From: a virus
DNA: 64,000 nucleotides
Strand: one strand, 5' to 3'
IMG/VR virus record: IMGVR_UViG_3300004184_000006
Coordinates: 8,993 to 72,992 of that record
This document shows, piece by piece, positions 9,201-18,345 of this stretch. The notes under the pieces were generated by a model, which saw only the letters and a program-made list of their open reading frames with translations, had not been told where the DNA came from and made no database searches. Both the position numbers and the translations under genes were made by a program. How positions within the stretch are numbered: the first letter of the stretch is position 1; every line of letters starts with the position of its first letter.

Positions 9201-12200
9201 TCACACAGGTATTTTTAATCGAATTGCGTAACATCGCTACGTTATCCAAGCCCTTGAATACTGATATTACCCGCTCGATACCATCAATACTAACGTCTTC
9301 CTCATCTTCACGGGTACAAACGATTTCAAGGAAACTATCCGCCCCAGCCGCGCCCATCATGAGGTTATTAACCTTATCCTGACCGACTGACAAAGAAAGC
9401 ATTGAGTAAACTTCTAACGGGCTATTAGTTATCGGTGTCGCAGTGAGCAACAGCACGCCGTCATTAAGCGGTGTTTTTCCGCGAATAACCCACAGCTTAG
9501 CCTGTGCATCAATAGCCCGTTTAGCGGCTTTTGGCATGGACAAATATTTAGCTTCTTTGGTGTTGGTAGCGGTTGACGCGTTTTTAAGTAAATGCGCCTC
9601 GTCAATAACAATTGAGTCAATGCCTAGGTCTTCCAAGTTTGGCACATTCGACTTTTTATCATTCAAAACCGTAGTGATTTGCGTTAAAAAATACTTAACC
9701 TTTTCATCGGTCTTTTTATCGCCTGTCAGTTGAATACTGTCATCGTTACGGCGCAAGTAGTCGTAATATCCCTCAACACTTTCAACCTTAAGCCTAATCA
9801 TCTGGAACGCTTCATAGGTCATGAATATCTTGCTATGATTGTTTTCCATAATGCGGCTTAAATCAACAGCGTATTCGCTGGATTTAACAGACTCATTGCC
9901 GTCTTTATCAGCACGCAAGCCGATAAACAGCGTGTTATCCATTGATTCATACGCCTTGCCCGCCTCTTTTTTCCAGTTGGATAAGGTGCTGCTTGGCACT
10001 ACGAACAGGGTTTTGCTTTTAACGCCCATGTTGTGAGCATATTGGACGGCGGCTAATGCAGTGAAAGTGTTGTGAGTGACAACAAAGTCATCGGTAACAT
10101 AAAGATGGTCGGGTGCATCAACTGAGATACATTGAGCAGGTTTATTGCCGATTGATTTAACTTTTTTGATGTAACGGATAGGCGAATACTTAGTTTTTGG
10201 CAAAACTTTATCGCGCTTTCTTTGGCAGTAGAACGGGTTAATATCGCCGCTTAATTTCAGTGAAACAGTGTAGTGCAAGGCACAATAAACACGCTTGCCA
10301 TCAATATCAACGTAGGACGGTAATTTTTCTGTTATGGTCGCATTGCCGCCCAAACTTTGAGCGATAAATACCACGCCATCGGCTAACTGTTTTGATGAGC
10401 TTGAAAATTGTACCGTGATACCGTCTTTTGAAACGTAGCCGTCTGTGTCCATTAATCCGCGTAGCAGTTCAATTCTATCGTCTACACTTGATAGCAGGTA
10501 ATCAGTTGGAATGAATTTAGTTAGCGAGCTTGCACCATCTAAGCCATAGTCATTTAATGCTTGTCTTACGCTGTTTTTAACGCAACTAGATAACTTTGCT
10601 ATTCCGTAACGGGTGCAATGCGTTTCTTTGTTGTTTTTATTGGTGTTTAGTGAAACATCATCAGGTAATAACCCGCTTAACTTTTCAGCAATATCCAAAT
10701 CATCATTGCAAATTGTTAGTGAGATAGATTTATGCGTTATATTACCATCACCAAGTATAACGCCTAGCGCGTACGGGTGAATTAGCAATTCACCGCGACT
10801 AGAGAACTCAACGGGTTCAACCATAGGAATTGAATAATTAACCGTGCCATTATGCGGCAAGAAAAGGGATTGCCTAATCTCATTAAGGCTCTTAACTTGG
10901 TAGCCCATACGCCCATCTTTTGGGAACGGTATCAAGCCTTTTTTAACCTTGCCTATGTAGTTTCTATCAACTTGCGTTCTAACTGCCCACAAGTGTTCAT
11001 CGCAACATTCACTTTTTGCGCCATCATTAAAAGTGACTTCAAAAATCTCTTTTTCGCCTTGCGGATAAACGCCTGTAACTTTCGTAGGTTTGCCATTAGA
11101 TCCGATAACGTAATCACCAACCTTAATGTCACCCATTAATACCCATCCATTAGGCGTTAGAATCTTTGCATCTAACGGATTTGCTTTACCTAGTCCGACA
11201 TCAAACCCATTGACACCCTTAAATTCCCGCGACATTTGACGCACGAATGAGCATTGATAACCATGTAGCTTAAGTGCTGGATTCATGCCTGCAATGTTTA
11301 ATTCAGCTTCATCATCAATAGGTCTAAATTGTAGCTTGCTTGCATCGGTAGATTGCTGATTTAACCGCGCTTGAATATCAGGACGCGCCTTAACCCATGA
11401 ATCAAATTGCGTATTTGCAGTAACTGCCATTTTGCGCAATTCTCGCAGGGCTTCAATGTCACTTAAGTTATCGAACTTTGTACCGCCTGTACTTAGAGTA
11501 CGCTTAACAAGGTAATCACCGAACCGCTTATTAAGCTTGTCCTGATCGCTTAACTTGCTACCGTTAATTTCAATATCAACAACTTTTTGCCCTTTGTCAT
11601 TAACAACAATCATTGCATCGGGGTGTACGAACTGCTTAACAAACTCCAGTTTTTCTTCTGCGGTCACATAGGGACTAAACAAGGTAAAGTTCATTTGCGT
11701 TACATCTATGGTGTCAACGCGCTTTAAGGCCTCTGCACGTTGCCATGACAGCTTACCGATTAACTCATCATTGCCCTGTGCTTTTTCAATATCAGCATCT
11801 AACTTGGTTAAAAAATCAGCCAAGTTACCGACAAAATAATCATCTGCTTTGATGATGCTTTTCCCGTCACCCGATACACAGTAATCTGTACTTTCAAACT
11901 CGTTAAAATCATCACCTAACGCGACCTTGGCATCATCAAGGCTAATCCATTTTGACTTAGCCTTGTACATCATGCCTTCAAAAGATTTATCAGCGTCAGT
12001 GGCCTTTAATTCAATTGATGACACCTCGCCACGCCAATACTTGGTAAAGCCAGTTTTCATATCGTACTGGTTGCGCACCGATTTAAGCGCATCCTTGACC
12101 GAACTGCCAAGGCTTGATTTTGGGCTTTTTGCCAGCTTAGCGATAACCTGAATTTCAGTGGATAGCGCGGGATACTCTTCAAGGTAATTGAAGCCGCGTG

Positions 12201-13728
12201 TACCAACATGCTGCCCAATGGCTTGCTGCATGGACATTGCCACAACGGTTGCCTGCCAGTATTTTTCCTGCTCGCCATCGTCTAAACTGGATTTAATCTG
12301 ACTGGTAACTCCGCGCAACCATGCTGGAATATCCAAGCCGCGTGATGTGTTGCGCATGAACTCAGATACAGCATCAACATCTTGCCATGAAACCTTGCTT
12401 TCAAACGCCGCGTAGGGTGTGTCGCACTTGGACATAACCTGACTAGCAAAATTACTATCCTCATTATGTGGTAACGCTTCCCATGTGCCGTTTTTATAGC
12501 GCAATGTTTGACCTGACTGAATAACTGTATCGCCATTTTTATAAACAATAGGGTCGGTTTCAGTGGTATTAAGCAATGCCCAATCAATGCGTGAAGTCGG
12601 GAACTTTTTAAGCATCTTTGCCAGGTCTGGCATGGTTGCACTATTGGTTACGCGGTCGCGCCCCTCTGGGCTTAAATGGTGGGCATTAGGGTCTTTAGCG
12701 ATAAAGTCGCCCAGTATAAAACGCTCATTCGCGCCTTTGTACCAGTGGCCATCTAGGAACGTGTCCCATTGCACTTTTGCATCAATCAGGGTTTGCGGGG
12801 ATTGCTCGCGCACTTCGGCAATCTTTTCAGACGCTTCTTTGCTGAATTTGCGGAATACAATAACGTCCGTCATGGTATCAGCCGCCGCCGTGCCGAACAC
12901 CTCATTAGGCAAGCGATACGCACCTAAGAACTCGGCCATTAAAGAGGCTTTTTGTCGCACTGATACGCTTTTGGCATCCAAGCCAGTGACTACGGACGGG
13001 GGGACGATAAACGCGGCCAAGCCACGCGGTTTAAGCTTTTCCAGCGAGCGCAAAATGAAATAGCCCTGTAGGGTTTCTTTTTGGTATTTTGGATCGTGCA
13101 TAAAGTTATCGCCACGCGCCGATAATTCGCCGAATGGTACGTTCGTCACTACCGCATCATAAATTTCATCGGGGTTTGCTGCTGCCACCTTTTCAAACGG
13201 GGCAATCGTTGTGCTGTAAAACTCGTTATCATTAACAAGCTTTTGTACCATGCCGCTGGTTTCCGACAATTCCACCGCGTCAATAACTGAGTTTTTGGGG
13301 CTTGTTGCTCCAAAAATACCAGTACCACCACACGGGTCGAGTACCTTACCACCACTAAAGCCAAGCTCAGACAATAATGCCCACATACCTTCGGCTATAG
13401 GCGTAGGGGTGTAGTATTCGTATTGGCTACCTTTCATGCCGTCCGCGCCTGTCAATGCCCCGCCTTGACCTGAATACTTGGCCAATACAGCTTTATCAGC
13501 ATCGGTTACTTGATAATTTTCGTTTTTAACCTTGGCAAGTATTAACTCAGCGGCAGCGTTCGCGGCTTTGCGCTGCTTAGGCGTGCGCTTATCGTCATAC
13601 TCGTACAGGTGTGCGGTTGATACGCGCTCAATTTCAAGGGATTCAATCAATAGGTTTTTGAGTAAATCAAAGGCATCAAGCCCAGATTTAACAGACAGAA
13701 CAGCGGTTTTTAGCGTTTGGGTATTCAT
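6217..13728 (-). CDS. darB: DarB-like defence-against-restriction protein (N6-MTase-like domain + SNF2-type helicase) containing an intein
   Basis: YEYYTPTPIA, VLDPCGGTGIF, VVTNVPFG MTase motifs; GFDVGLGK|T Walker A, IVIDEAH, LLLTATPITNSP, QQRNGRGQRQGN helicase motifs. Confidence 0.9.
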   Translation of the reverse strand: MNTQTLKTAVLSVKSGLDAFDLLKNLLIESLEIERVSTAHLYEYDDKRTPKQRKAANAAAELILAKVKNENYQVTDADKAVLAKYSGQGGALTGADGMKGSQYEYYTPTPIAEGMWALLSELGFSGGKVLDPCGGTGIFGATSPKNSVIDAVELSETSGMVQKLVNDNEFYSTTIAPFEKVAAANPDEIYDAVVTNVPFGELSARGDNFMHDPKYQKETLQGYFILRSLEKLKPRGLAAFIVPPSVVTGLDAKSVSVRQKASLMAEFLGAYRLPNEVFGTAAADTMTDVIVFRKFSKEASEKIAEVREQSPQTLIDAKVQWDTFLDGHWYKGANERFILGDFIAKDPNAHHLSPEGRDRVTNSATMPDLAKMLKKFPTSRIDWALLNTTETDPIVYKNGDTVIQSGQTLRYKNGTWEALPHNEDSNFASQVMSKCDTPYAAFESKVSWQDVDAVSEFMRNTSRGLDIPAWLRGVTSQIKSSLDDGEQEKYWQATVVAMSMQQAIGQHVGTRGFNYLEEYPALSTEIQVIAKLAKSPKSSLGSSVKDALKSVRNQYDMKTGFTKYWRGEVSSIELKATDADKSFEGMMYKAKSKWISLDDAKVALGDDFNEFESTDYCVSGDGKSIIKADDYFVGNLADFLTKLDADIEKAQGNDELIGKLSWQRAEALKRVDTIDVTQMNFTLFSPYVTAEEKLEFVKQFVHPDAMIVVNDKGQKVVDIEINGSKLSDQDKLNKRFGDYLVKRTLSTGGTKFDNLSDIEALRELRKMAVTANTQFDSWVKARPDIQARLNQQSTDASKLQFRPIDDEAELNIAGMNPALKLHGYQCSFVRQMSREFKGVNGFDVGLGKANPLDAKILTPNGWVLMGDIKVGDYVIGSNGKPTKVTGVYPQGEKEIFEVTFNDGAKSECCDEHLWAVRTQVDRNYIGKVKKGLIPFPKDGRMGYQVKSLNEIRQSLFLPHNGTVNYSIPMVEPVEFSSRGELLIHPYALGVILGDGNITHKSISLTICNDDLDIAEKLSGLLPDDVSLNTNKNNKETHCTRYGIAKLSSCVKNSVRQALNDYGLDGASSLTKFIPTDYLLSSVDDRIELLRGLMDTDGYVSKDGITVQFSSSSKQLADGVVFIAQSLGGNATITEKLPSYVDIDGKRVYCALHYTVSLKLSGDINPFYCQRKRDKVLPKTKYSPIRYIKKVKSIGNKPAQCISVDAPDHLYVTDDFVVTHNTFTALAAVQYAHNMGVKSKTLFVVPSSTLSNWKKEAGKAYESMDNTLFIGLRADKDGNESVKSSEYAVDLSRIMENNHSKIFMTYEAFQMIRLKVESVEGYYDYLRRNDDSIQLTGDKKTDEKVKYFLTQITTVLNDKKSNVPNLEDLGIDSIVIDEAHLLKNASTATNTKEAKYLSMPKAAKRAIDAQAKLWVIRGKTPLNDGVLLLTATPITNSPLEVYSMLSLSVGQDKVNNLMMGAAGADSFLEIVCTREDEEDVSIDGIERVISVFKGLDNVAMLRNSIKNTCVIKTAKDVGDQIIVPEADTAIQDLQLGDDIIDMLKDYKGAFRYAIDSLNTAKNDPSKNRGDQQAFVRTMEKFDLTVELMAHPFNLLKNMELLVMDSELDDRATFFTFPKEQLALAKQVIEKFNSKKIKSVRPRMNPYTRDGAITDNISKTDEVTGTIKEWIELNIESYLIDSDTRIVIDTMETLEITAFEDLADTEGLTLNCTIPPKIAALLDNVSKEIMNPRGMVKDGDTVKKSSVVKQIIFCDILATHNKIRRLLTQKCGIPASKIATVTGKTNNEADDILDVQNGFNADGDDNKYQIILANKKAEVGINLQIGTQAIHHLTIGWTPDSLQQRNGRGQRQGNRTAKVNIFFYDADGTFDKQKRSMVERKGDWIGSLMSDQSTNKIDVQGGMSREQMEALMESVGDKDAMERYQENLQAKEAEARAKSTRERQLINLTTIAKQTEWLQANPTAVAYVQAALNDLNNLTLARDKIKKREAKTETAKIKNASALSDLNDSIRVLEEKIDGSCDFFKIDYSGEIDKSYPDAIGAGIIVREVKNWSYNTKGKSFLEILKGYDYIRYDITSGGPIATQWQDNKTMAEGMIESSVKAVETQAADKGAFPASIARAIANGTGVILAGIPIVVGAFVLDADDTEEAPSFNIVTEVSKDYANVIYVYDFKKGGMASSNNFRLHAANIASVKVILPDDNGYTDMCKRAAKLEDTQAYATESGVKLYSDYSSEVSGYRTKAQKFVFYSKSYTLPPPYFSIILNDTLATTPLLKKIAKEQSKVVKVVDTTSSRYDVKVSVDKSLTLADSGKSYVSGISELDIIAALMHYAKAHGLTIGEDDFVGIDAGFKDRSYGFLDDIMEKYFDYSPVIPALEEAVKSVNKVADIEPFVHEHLLKELSFLSPEIADKMVKSGNYAFRIIEKASKALVDSEIDKLTPVFEKILLNAGFPATDHEMIVYAIKRIITSTYMTNPARESSIAGKLAGNLNAANQIMKAAANAGVLPNE
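10069..11184 (-). mobile_element. Class 3 intein (372 aa) with LAGLIDADG homing endonuclease
   Basis: Starts ANPLDAKILTPNGW after GLGK; CCDEHLW block B; AQCISV block F; ends VVTHN/T; YALGVILGDG and LLRGLMDTDG LAGLIDADG motifs. Confidence 0.92.
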
Positions 13729-13754
13729 AACTAGCCTCGTGTGTAATTGAGGCT

Positions 13755-13794
13755 AGTTTATAGGGGTGTTAGCGGGTGTTTTATTGGGTTTTTA
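13755..13794 (-). promoter_or_regulatory. Late promoter 2 (darB operon)
   Basis: TAAAAACCC (13794-13786), 25 nt, TAAACT (13760-13755). Confidence 0.75.
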
Positions 13795-14209
13795 CAGTGT
13801 TGATATGCTTCTCAATTACAATCCCTATGTGAGCTACCACGCTAGGACATAGACCACCACCTTTCGGTAAAAAATACCCGCCTTTAGGTGAGAAAATTGA
13901 CCGCATGGATTGAACTATAAAAGAGCTGTCTCCATCGCTTTGCCATATCGCGCTTATCAAGCGGGTAACGCACATGACCCACTCATGTGACTCCAAGTGC
14001 GAACAGTTGATAAATATCTCATAGGGCTTTCCATTGAGATTATTAATGGTTATGTACATAGCACACTCTAAACCAGTTGGCTTAATTTTGTAGGTGTAGC
14101 CCTGTAGCACATCTTCGCGGTCTGGCTTTGGGACGGCAATAACGACCACTTCTTTTTTATCGCCTGCCACCGCATAGCCTGTAATTTTTTTAGTTATTGC
14201 CTTAGTCAT
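13781..14209 (-). CDS. Stand-alone TSCPD-domain protein resembling the N-terminal part of class II ribonucleotide reductase subunit NrdJb
   Basis: KKITGYAV...VLQGYTYKIK...MYITIN...PYEIFINC...TRLISAI...IFSPKGGYF...PSVVAHIG follows the NrdJb pattern; no C-terminal Cys-rich tail. Confidence 0.75.
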   Translation of the reverse strand: MTKAITKKITGYAVAGDKKEVVVIAVPKPDREDVLQGYTYKIKPTGLECAMYITINNLNGKPYEIFINCSHLESHEWVMCVTRLISAIWQSDGDSSFIVQSMRSIFSPKGGYFLPKGGGLCPSVVAHIGIVIEKHINTVKTQ

Positions 14210-14364
14210 TTTTTGCCGCCTTTATAGGCTTTTTTATTCAAATGTTCCCAGTGCTTCTTTGGCTTTTTCTTTAATTCGATTGGCTTAATATCACAATAGT
14301 GATGTCTTAAAAAAAAGGTTGTTTTTGGATATTGCTGATAAGGGAATCCATTAGCTATGCTCAT
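14206..14364 (-). CDS. Small basic hypothetical protein (52 aa, below ORF-track cutoff)
   Basis: MSIANGFPYQQYPKTTFFLRHH...KGGKK; stop overlaps next ATG (ATGA). Confidence 0.5.
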   Translation of the reverse strand: MSIANGFPYQQYPKTTFFLRHHYCDIKPIELKKKPKKHWEHLNKKAYKGGKK

Positions 14365-14551
14365 TCTTTACCACCTTGATAGTGTGCGTTAGTAGTGGGC
14401 ATTCAGCGTGCCTTGTATCTGCATCAACATTGTCCTTAATAGGCAAGTCCTTATCTAAGTAACAATAATACAAATACCCATTGGTTTCATGAGAAAAAGG
14501 GCATTTATGACACCCGCTGGAAACTATTACTTTTTCTGGCAATTCACTCAT
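14351..14551 (-). CDS. Small Cys-rich hypothetical protein
   Basis: CHKCPF...YCYL...RHAECPL, a common small phage Zn-binding pattern. Confidence 0.6.
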   Translation of the reverse strand: MSELPEKVIVSSGCHKCPFSHETNGYLYYCYLDKDLPIKDNVDADTRHAECPLLTHTIKVVKNEHS

Positions 14552-14766
14552 GATTGCACCTCTGAAACCGATATTGTTAATTCAATTGCAATATTGGCAC
14601 GGCTGCTATTGCTTTTTATGCCGCTAATGTTGTTTAGCTTGCCGCACCATTCTTGGCAGTCTTCTTTATCAGCCCACAATTGTTCGCCTAAAAATCCTTT
14701 TAATGGGTTTTTAGCTTCACATTTTTCTCTGATTATGTACAGGGTGATTGATGATGGGTTTTGCAT
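14548..14766 (-). CDS. Hypothetical protein
   Basis: 72 aa, AAGGA RBS, ATGA coupling to next gene. Confidence 0.6.
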   Translation of the reverse strand: MQNPSSITLYIIREKCEAKNPLKGFLGEQLWADKEDCQEWCGKLNNISGIKSNSSRANIAIELTISVSEVQS

Positions 14767-14805
14767 TTTTGAAATCCTTAAGCGTGGATAAAAGTGATAA
14801 GCGTA

Positions 14806-14871
14806 TGGTGTTGTGGCAATACTTGCTTAAGGCACTTTAACGCGGGTAATTAATCCGCGTACAGCCACAAC
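14806..14871 (-). ncRNA. C4-like antisense RNA no. 2
   Basis: GTTGTGGC/GCCACAAC closing stem + ACCA, two inner hairpins, loop CTTAAGCAA complementary to downstream GCTTA/GCTTAAG at the RBS; TGnTATAAT promoter at 14887-14879. Confidence 0.65.
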
Positions 14872-14887
14872 GAGGTAAATTATAACA

Positions 14888-17173
14888 TCAATCCGTAGAA
14901 TAAATAACGCACTTATTGGTTAAATTCCCCACCAATGAGGCTGGGTGAGTTGCCGACGGTGATAAATTAACCGATATATCAGACCAAAAAACAAACGCAT
15001 TATTATCTGGACTCCAAGCTCTGTGAAGGTAAGTATTGGCAGAATTAACAACAAATGATACCTGCTCCTGTATCGACTGACAGACACCATAAACTGAAAT
15101 AGATTCAATGCTGGCAATGGCTATACTATCCTGTCCCTGCCACGATAACCCTGCGGCATTAACAACAATAGAGCCTACCGCGCCGCAATAATTATCCTGT
15201 ACTGAAATACCTATGGCATTAATGATAATGCCAGTCGAAAGCCCTATTGCCTTTGCGCTCTGAGATTGCTCAGACTTACCTATAGCATTAACAGCAGTGT
15301 ACGAAACAGAACTAATAGCACGCGAAAACTGAGATTGTTCAGACTTGCCTACGCCACTTACAATAATTCCTAATGATGATCCTATTGCTTTTGTGCTTTG
15401 ATACTGCTCAGACAGGGCCGTAGCATTAACGATAATAGATGAAACTGTGCCTATTGCTTTTGTGCTTTGCGCTTGAATAGAACTGCCTACGACACCAGAT
15501 AATGCAATTGTACCAATTGCGGTAGTCGATTGCGCCTGCTCAGATTGCCCAGCACTATTAACGCCTAAAAATGCAACCGATGCTAATGCTTTTGATACCT
15601 GACTTTGTGCCGAATAACCAATGCCGTTTACATTCGCAAAGATAACAGAGGCTACCGCGCTTAAGCCCTGTGTTTGTTCTGATTTTCCTATGCCATTGAT
15701 GGCTAATGACGCAACATTAGGAGAGGCTTGTGTACTTTGTTGCTGTAAGCTGTTACCAACACCGTTGCAATTAACCAAGCCTGTGGCATAAGTAGATTGT
15801 AATTGCGTGCTATATCCTATTCCACTACTTCCTGCCAATGATACCGTGCCAATTGCGCTGGCTACCTGAGATTGATTACTTTGACCTGTGCCATTAATCG
15901 CAAGGAATGATAATGAACCTACGGCGGTAATATTTTGGGCTTGATTACTGCTACCTATTCCGCTAATAGTGGCAAAGGAAACGCTGCCAACAGCCTGCGT
16001 AACTTGCTTCTGACTGCTCGCTGAAATACCACTAACGCCTGAAAAGCTAACCGATGGAACGGCTCGCGTATCTTGCTGCTGCCAGCTCTGCCCTGTACAA
16101 AAAACACTTAATGTTGCTATTGAAGCTATAGCACTGGAGGCGTGCCGCTGATTGCTTACCGCAATGCCGTTAAGCATTAAATTAGCAACAGAGCCAACCG
16201 CGTTTACTAATTGACCCTGCTCTGATTTTGCTACGCCATTAACCGTAGCAAATGACAATGAGCCTACGGCATAAGATGCTTGTTGTTGAACACTGCCCGC
16301 AATGCAGTTAATTGTTAAATTAGCAACAGAACTTACAGCACTAGACGATTGTTTTTGCTCTGACTTTGCTACGCCATTAACGGCAATAGATGAAACGGTG
16401 GCAACAGCACTAGATAATTGACTCTGAACGCTTAATACTGAACCATTAACACTAATAGGACCGCTGGATGGTAATGATGGAACAAAGGTTTTATATGGTT
16501 TAAAAACCTGCCACGGATTAGCTGAAATGCTTTTAATTTCAGATAACGATAGCTCTCTATTCCATACTAAAACTAAATCCAGTTCACTTTGGCAATACTC
16601 GCTAGCATGTCCGAAGCCAATATCAAAAGTTCGTGCAGTCCACGTTCCGCTAATAATGCCCGTTGGAGTTTGAACCACCCCATCTATATAAGCTTTACCG
16701 ACCGTACCGTTTTTTGTAATAACAATGGTTTGCGGTTTTCCCGCAACAACTGAACCTGTCGCAGAAAATTGTCTATCCGCATCAGATAATGTACTTCCCC
16801 ATATCTGCTTATTGGTCAGATTAGATGGTGCGTAGACTGTAAAGTCATCGCCCATTCCAAAAAGTGACTGTGCATTTTGATCAACAGCTTTGTAATTCTG
16901 AATAACAAGAACAGTAAAGTTCTCGCTATTTATTGGGGTATTAGATTTTGATAATCGATAGGCTGCATTAGCGAATAACTTGCCATGCAAGCCATTTGAG
17001 GACGATGGAGTTGCGGCTGTACCTGTTAATACCGCTAATTCACCGTTCACGGCATTTCTAACAATGCCGTTTTGCAGGTTTACAGCAACTAAAAGTCCTC
17101 TGCCTAGTCCTGTAGTAATAGTGTTTACATAGGCTTTAGGTTGTATACGCCGTTTATTATTAACGGGAAACAT
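14888..17173 (-). CDS. Fibre/adhesin-like protein: N-terminal LamG/ConA-like domain plus about 21 repeats of about 23 aa
   Basis: IVITKNGTVGKAYIDG...LDLVLVWNRELSLSEI (LamG-like); repeats xVNGxGxSxQxQxxxAxxSVxxx. Confidence 0.7.
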   Translation of the reverse strand: MFPVNNKRRIQPKAYVNTITTGLGRGLLVAVNLQNGIVRNAVNGELAVLTGTAATPSSSNGLHGKLFANAAYRLSKSNTPINSENFTVLVIQNYKAVDQNAQSLFGMGDDFTVYAPSNLTNKQIWGSTLSDADRQFSATGSVVAGKPQTIVITKNGTVGKAYIDGVVQTPTGIISGTWTARTFDIGFGHASEYCQSELDLVLVWNRELSLSEIKSISANPWQVFKPYKTFVPSLPSSGPISVNGSVLSVQSQLSSAVATVSSIAVNGVAKSEQKQSSSAVSSVANLTINCIAGSVQQQASYAVGSLSFATVNGVAKSEQGQLVNAVGSVANLMLNGIAVSNQRHASSAIASIATLSVFCTGQSWQQQDTRAVPSVSFSGVSGISASSQKQVTQAVGSVSFATISGIGSSNQAQNITAVGSLSFLAINGTGQSNQSQVASAIGTVSLAGSSGIGYSTQLQSTYATGLVNCNGVGNSLQQQSTQASPNVASLAINGIGKSEQTQGLSAVASVIFANVNGIGYSAQSQVSKALASVAFLGVNSAGQSEQAQSTTAIGTIALSGVVGSSIQAQSTKAIGTVSSIIVNATALSEQYQSTKAIGSSLGIIVSGVGKSEQSQFSRAISSVSYTAVNAIGKSEQSQSAKAIGLSTGIIINAIGISVQDNYCGAVGSIVVNAAGLSWQGQDSIAIASIESISVYGVCQSIQEQVSFVVNSANTYLHRAWSPDNNAFVFWSDISVNLSPSATHPASLVGNLTNKCVIYSTD

Positions 17174-17175
17174 AA

Positions 17176-17712
17176 TTAGGCGTTAGTGAAAGTGATTGCT
17201 CTATAAGATACTACACAACCTGTGCCTAATGCCGCCCCACTGTTGTTTCTAATGACTACGCTAAATGCGTCTGGTAATGCCCCATTGCACAATTCACTTA
17301 GCTTAAACAACTTCTGAATGCGTTGAGAAGTAATGACATAAGGCACGGCAATAGGCCCCAACATGCTGTTTGGGTCTGACATTGATGCTATCCCCTCTGT
17401 CCCTGTCGGTAATGTAGTTGTGCCGAAGTTGCCGCCGCAAAGCCACGTTGTACCGCCGTCTGTAGACATCCAAGGCACAATATATACATAAACAGCTTGA
17501 TCGTTAGCAGGCGCGGTTGCTGCTGTTGACAAGTCTACGGTTATCTCATAATCGACTGCAAACGTACCTACAGCAATATTACTCACTCTAGCCGATTGCC
17601 AGCCCGCATAAGGTGCGGTCGTGTCAATGGCTAAAGACTGCAAGTTGGTCACAGTCAGTACAGTATATGTACCATAGGCTTGATTGACTGTGGTCATGGC
17701 AATAATCCCCAA
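17176..17712 (-). CDS. Putative virion fibre component
   Basis: Thr/Ala/Gly-rich, beta-rich composition, in fibre cassette. Confidence 0.55.
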   Translation of the reverse strand: MGIIAMTTVNQAYGTYTVLTVTNLQSLAIDTTAPYAGWQSARVSNIAVGTFAVDYEITVDLSTAATAPANDQAVYVYIVPWMSTDGGTTWLCGGNFGTTTLPTGTEGIASMSDPNSMLGPIAVPYVITSQRIQKLFKLSELCNGALPDAFSVVIRNNSGAALGTGCVVSYRAITFTNA

Positions 17713-18281
17713 ATATCAGATAATTCTTGTATGCCGATTACCCCCTGAACAGTATAAATAACAGCTGTTACTGGCCCTGTTGTTGCTGGCGCATTAGCAA
17801 ACAATATTTCAAGGCGTGATGATAATCGTGTACAAGCATTCAAAACAGTAACACCGCCAGCACCACCTGCACTAAGATTAGCTCCTAATGTGCCAGATGG
17901 TAAAGCAATAACAGCGTCTCTCAAACCTGCTCTGATACCTGCTTTAGACGCATCAATAAATTCTCTTCCACTAATAATATTTTGGAAGTTGAATTGTTTG
18001 ATACCAATAATAAGCGCACGATTAGTTTGTATAGCTGTGCCGTCTGTAGTGTCTGTTGGCGTGTAAGCCGTCCATGTCACTGCATCAATAATTGCATTAC
18101 TAGGGGTTACTGTGTTCCACCCAATAACAGGTGTTACAGGTTTCCCGTTGTAATAATCAGCGATGACTTGCCAGTTTTCGGTTGCTATTGCCTCCTGAAG
18201 CGGTTGCCCTGCTTGTGATAGTGCAACCATATCTACCCTAAGTGCTGCTCTTTGCGTGCTATTTAACATTACTACTCTCAA
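17694..18281 (-). CDS. Putative virion fibre-associated protein
   Basis: 195 aa, overlaps next gene in the cassette. Confidence 0.55.
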   Translation of the reverse strand: MRVVMLNSTQRAALRVDMVALSQAGQPLQEAIATENWQVIADYYNGKPVTPVIGWNTVTPSNAIIDAVTWTAYTPTDTTDGTAIQTNRALIIGIKQFNFQNIISGREFIDASKAGIRAGLRDAVIALPSGTLGANLSAGGAGGVTVLNACTRLSSRLEILFANAPATTGPVTAVIYTVQGVIGIQELSDIWGLLP

Positions 18282-18345
18282 CCATGTGTATAGATTAACT
18301 TGCCGTCTGCAATCGATTAATAATCAGTTGCTTGGTAAATTTTCA

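Noticed and set aside
14309-14316. Phase-variable or frameshifted ORF at a T8 run
   Set aside because: An uninterrupted 52-aa ORF (14364-14206) reads through the run in another frame
14990-16460. CRISPR array or DNA tandem repeat; curli-like amyloid
   Set aside because: Periodicity is at protein level with diverged codons and no constant repeat-spacer pattern. The repeat lacks the curli QxGxxN signature and the protein has no signal peptide
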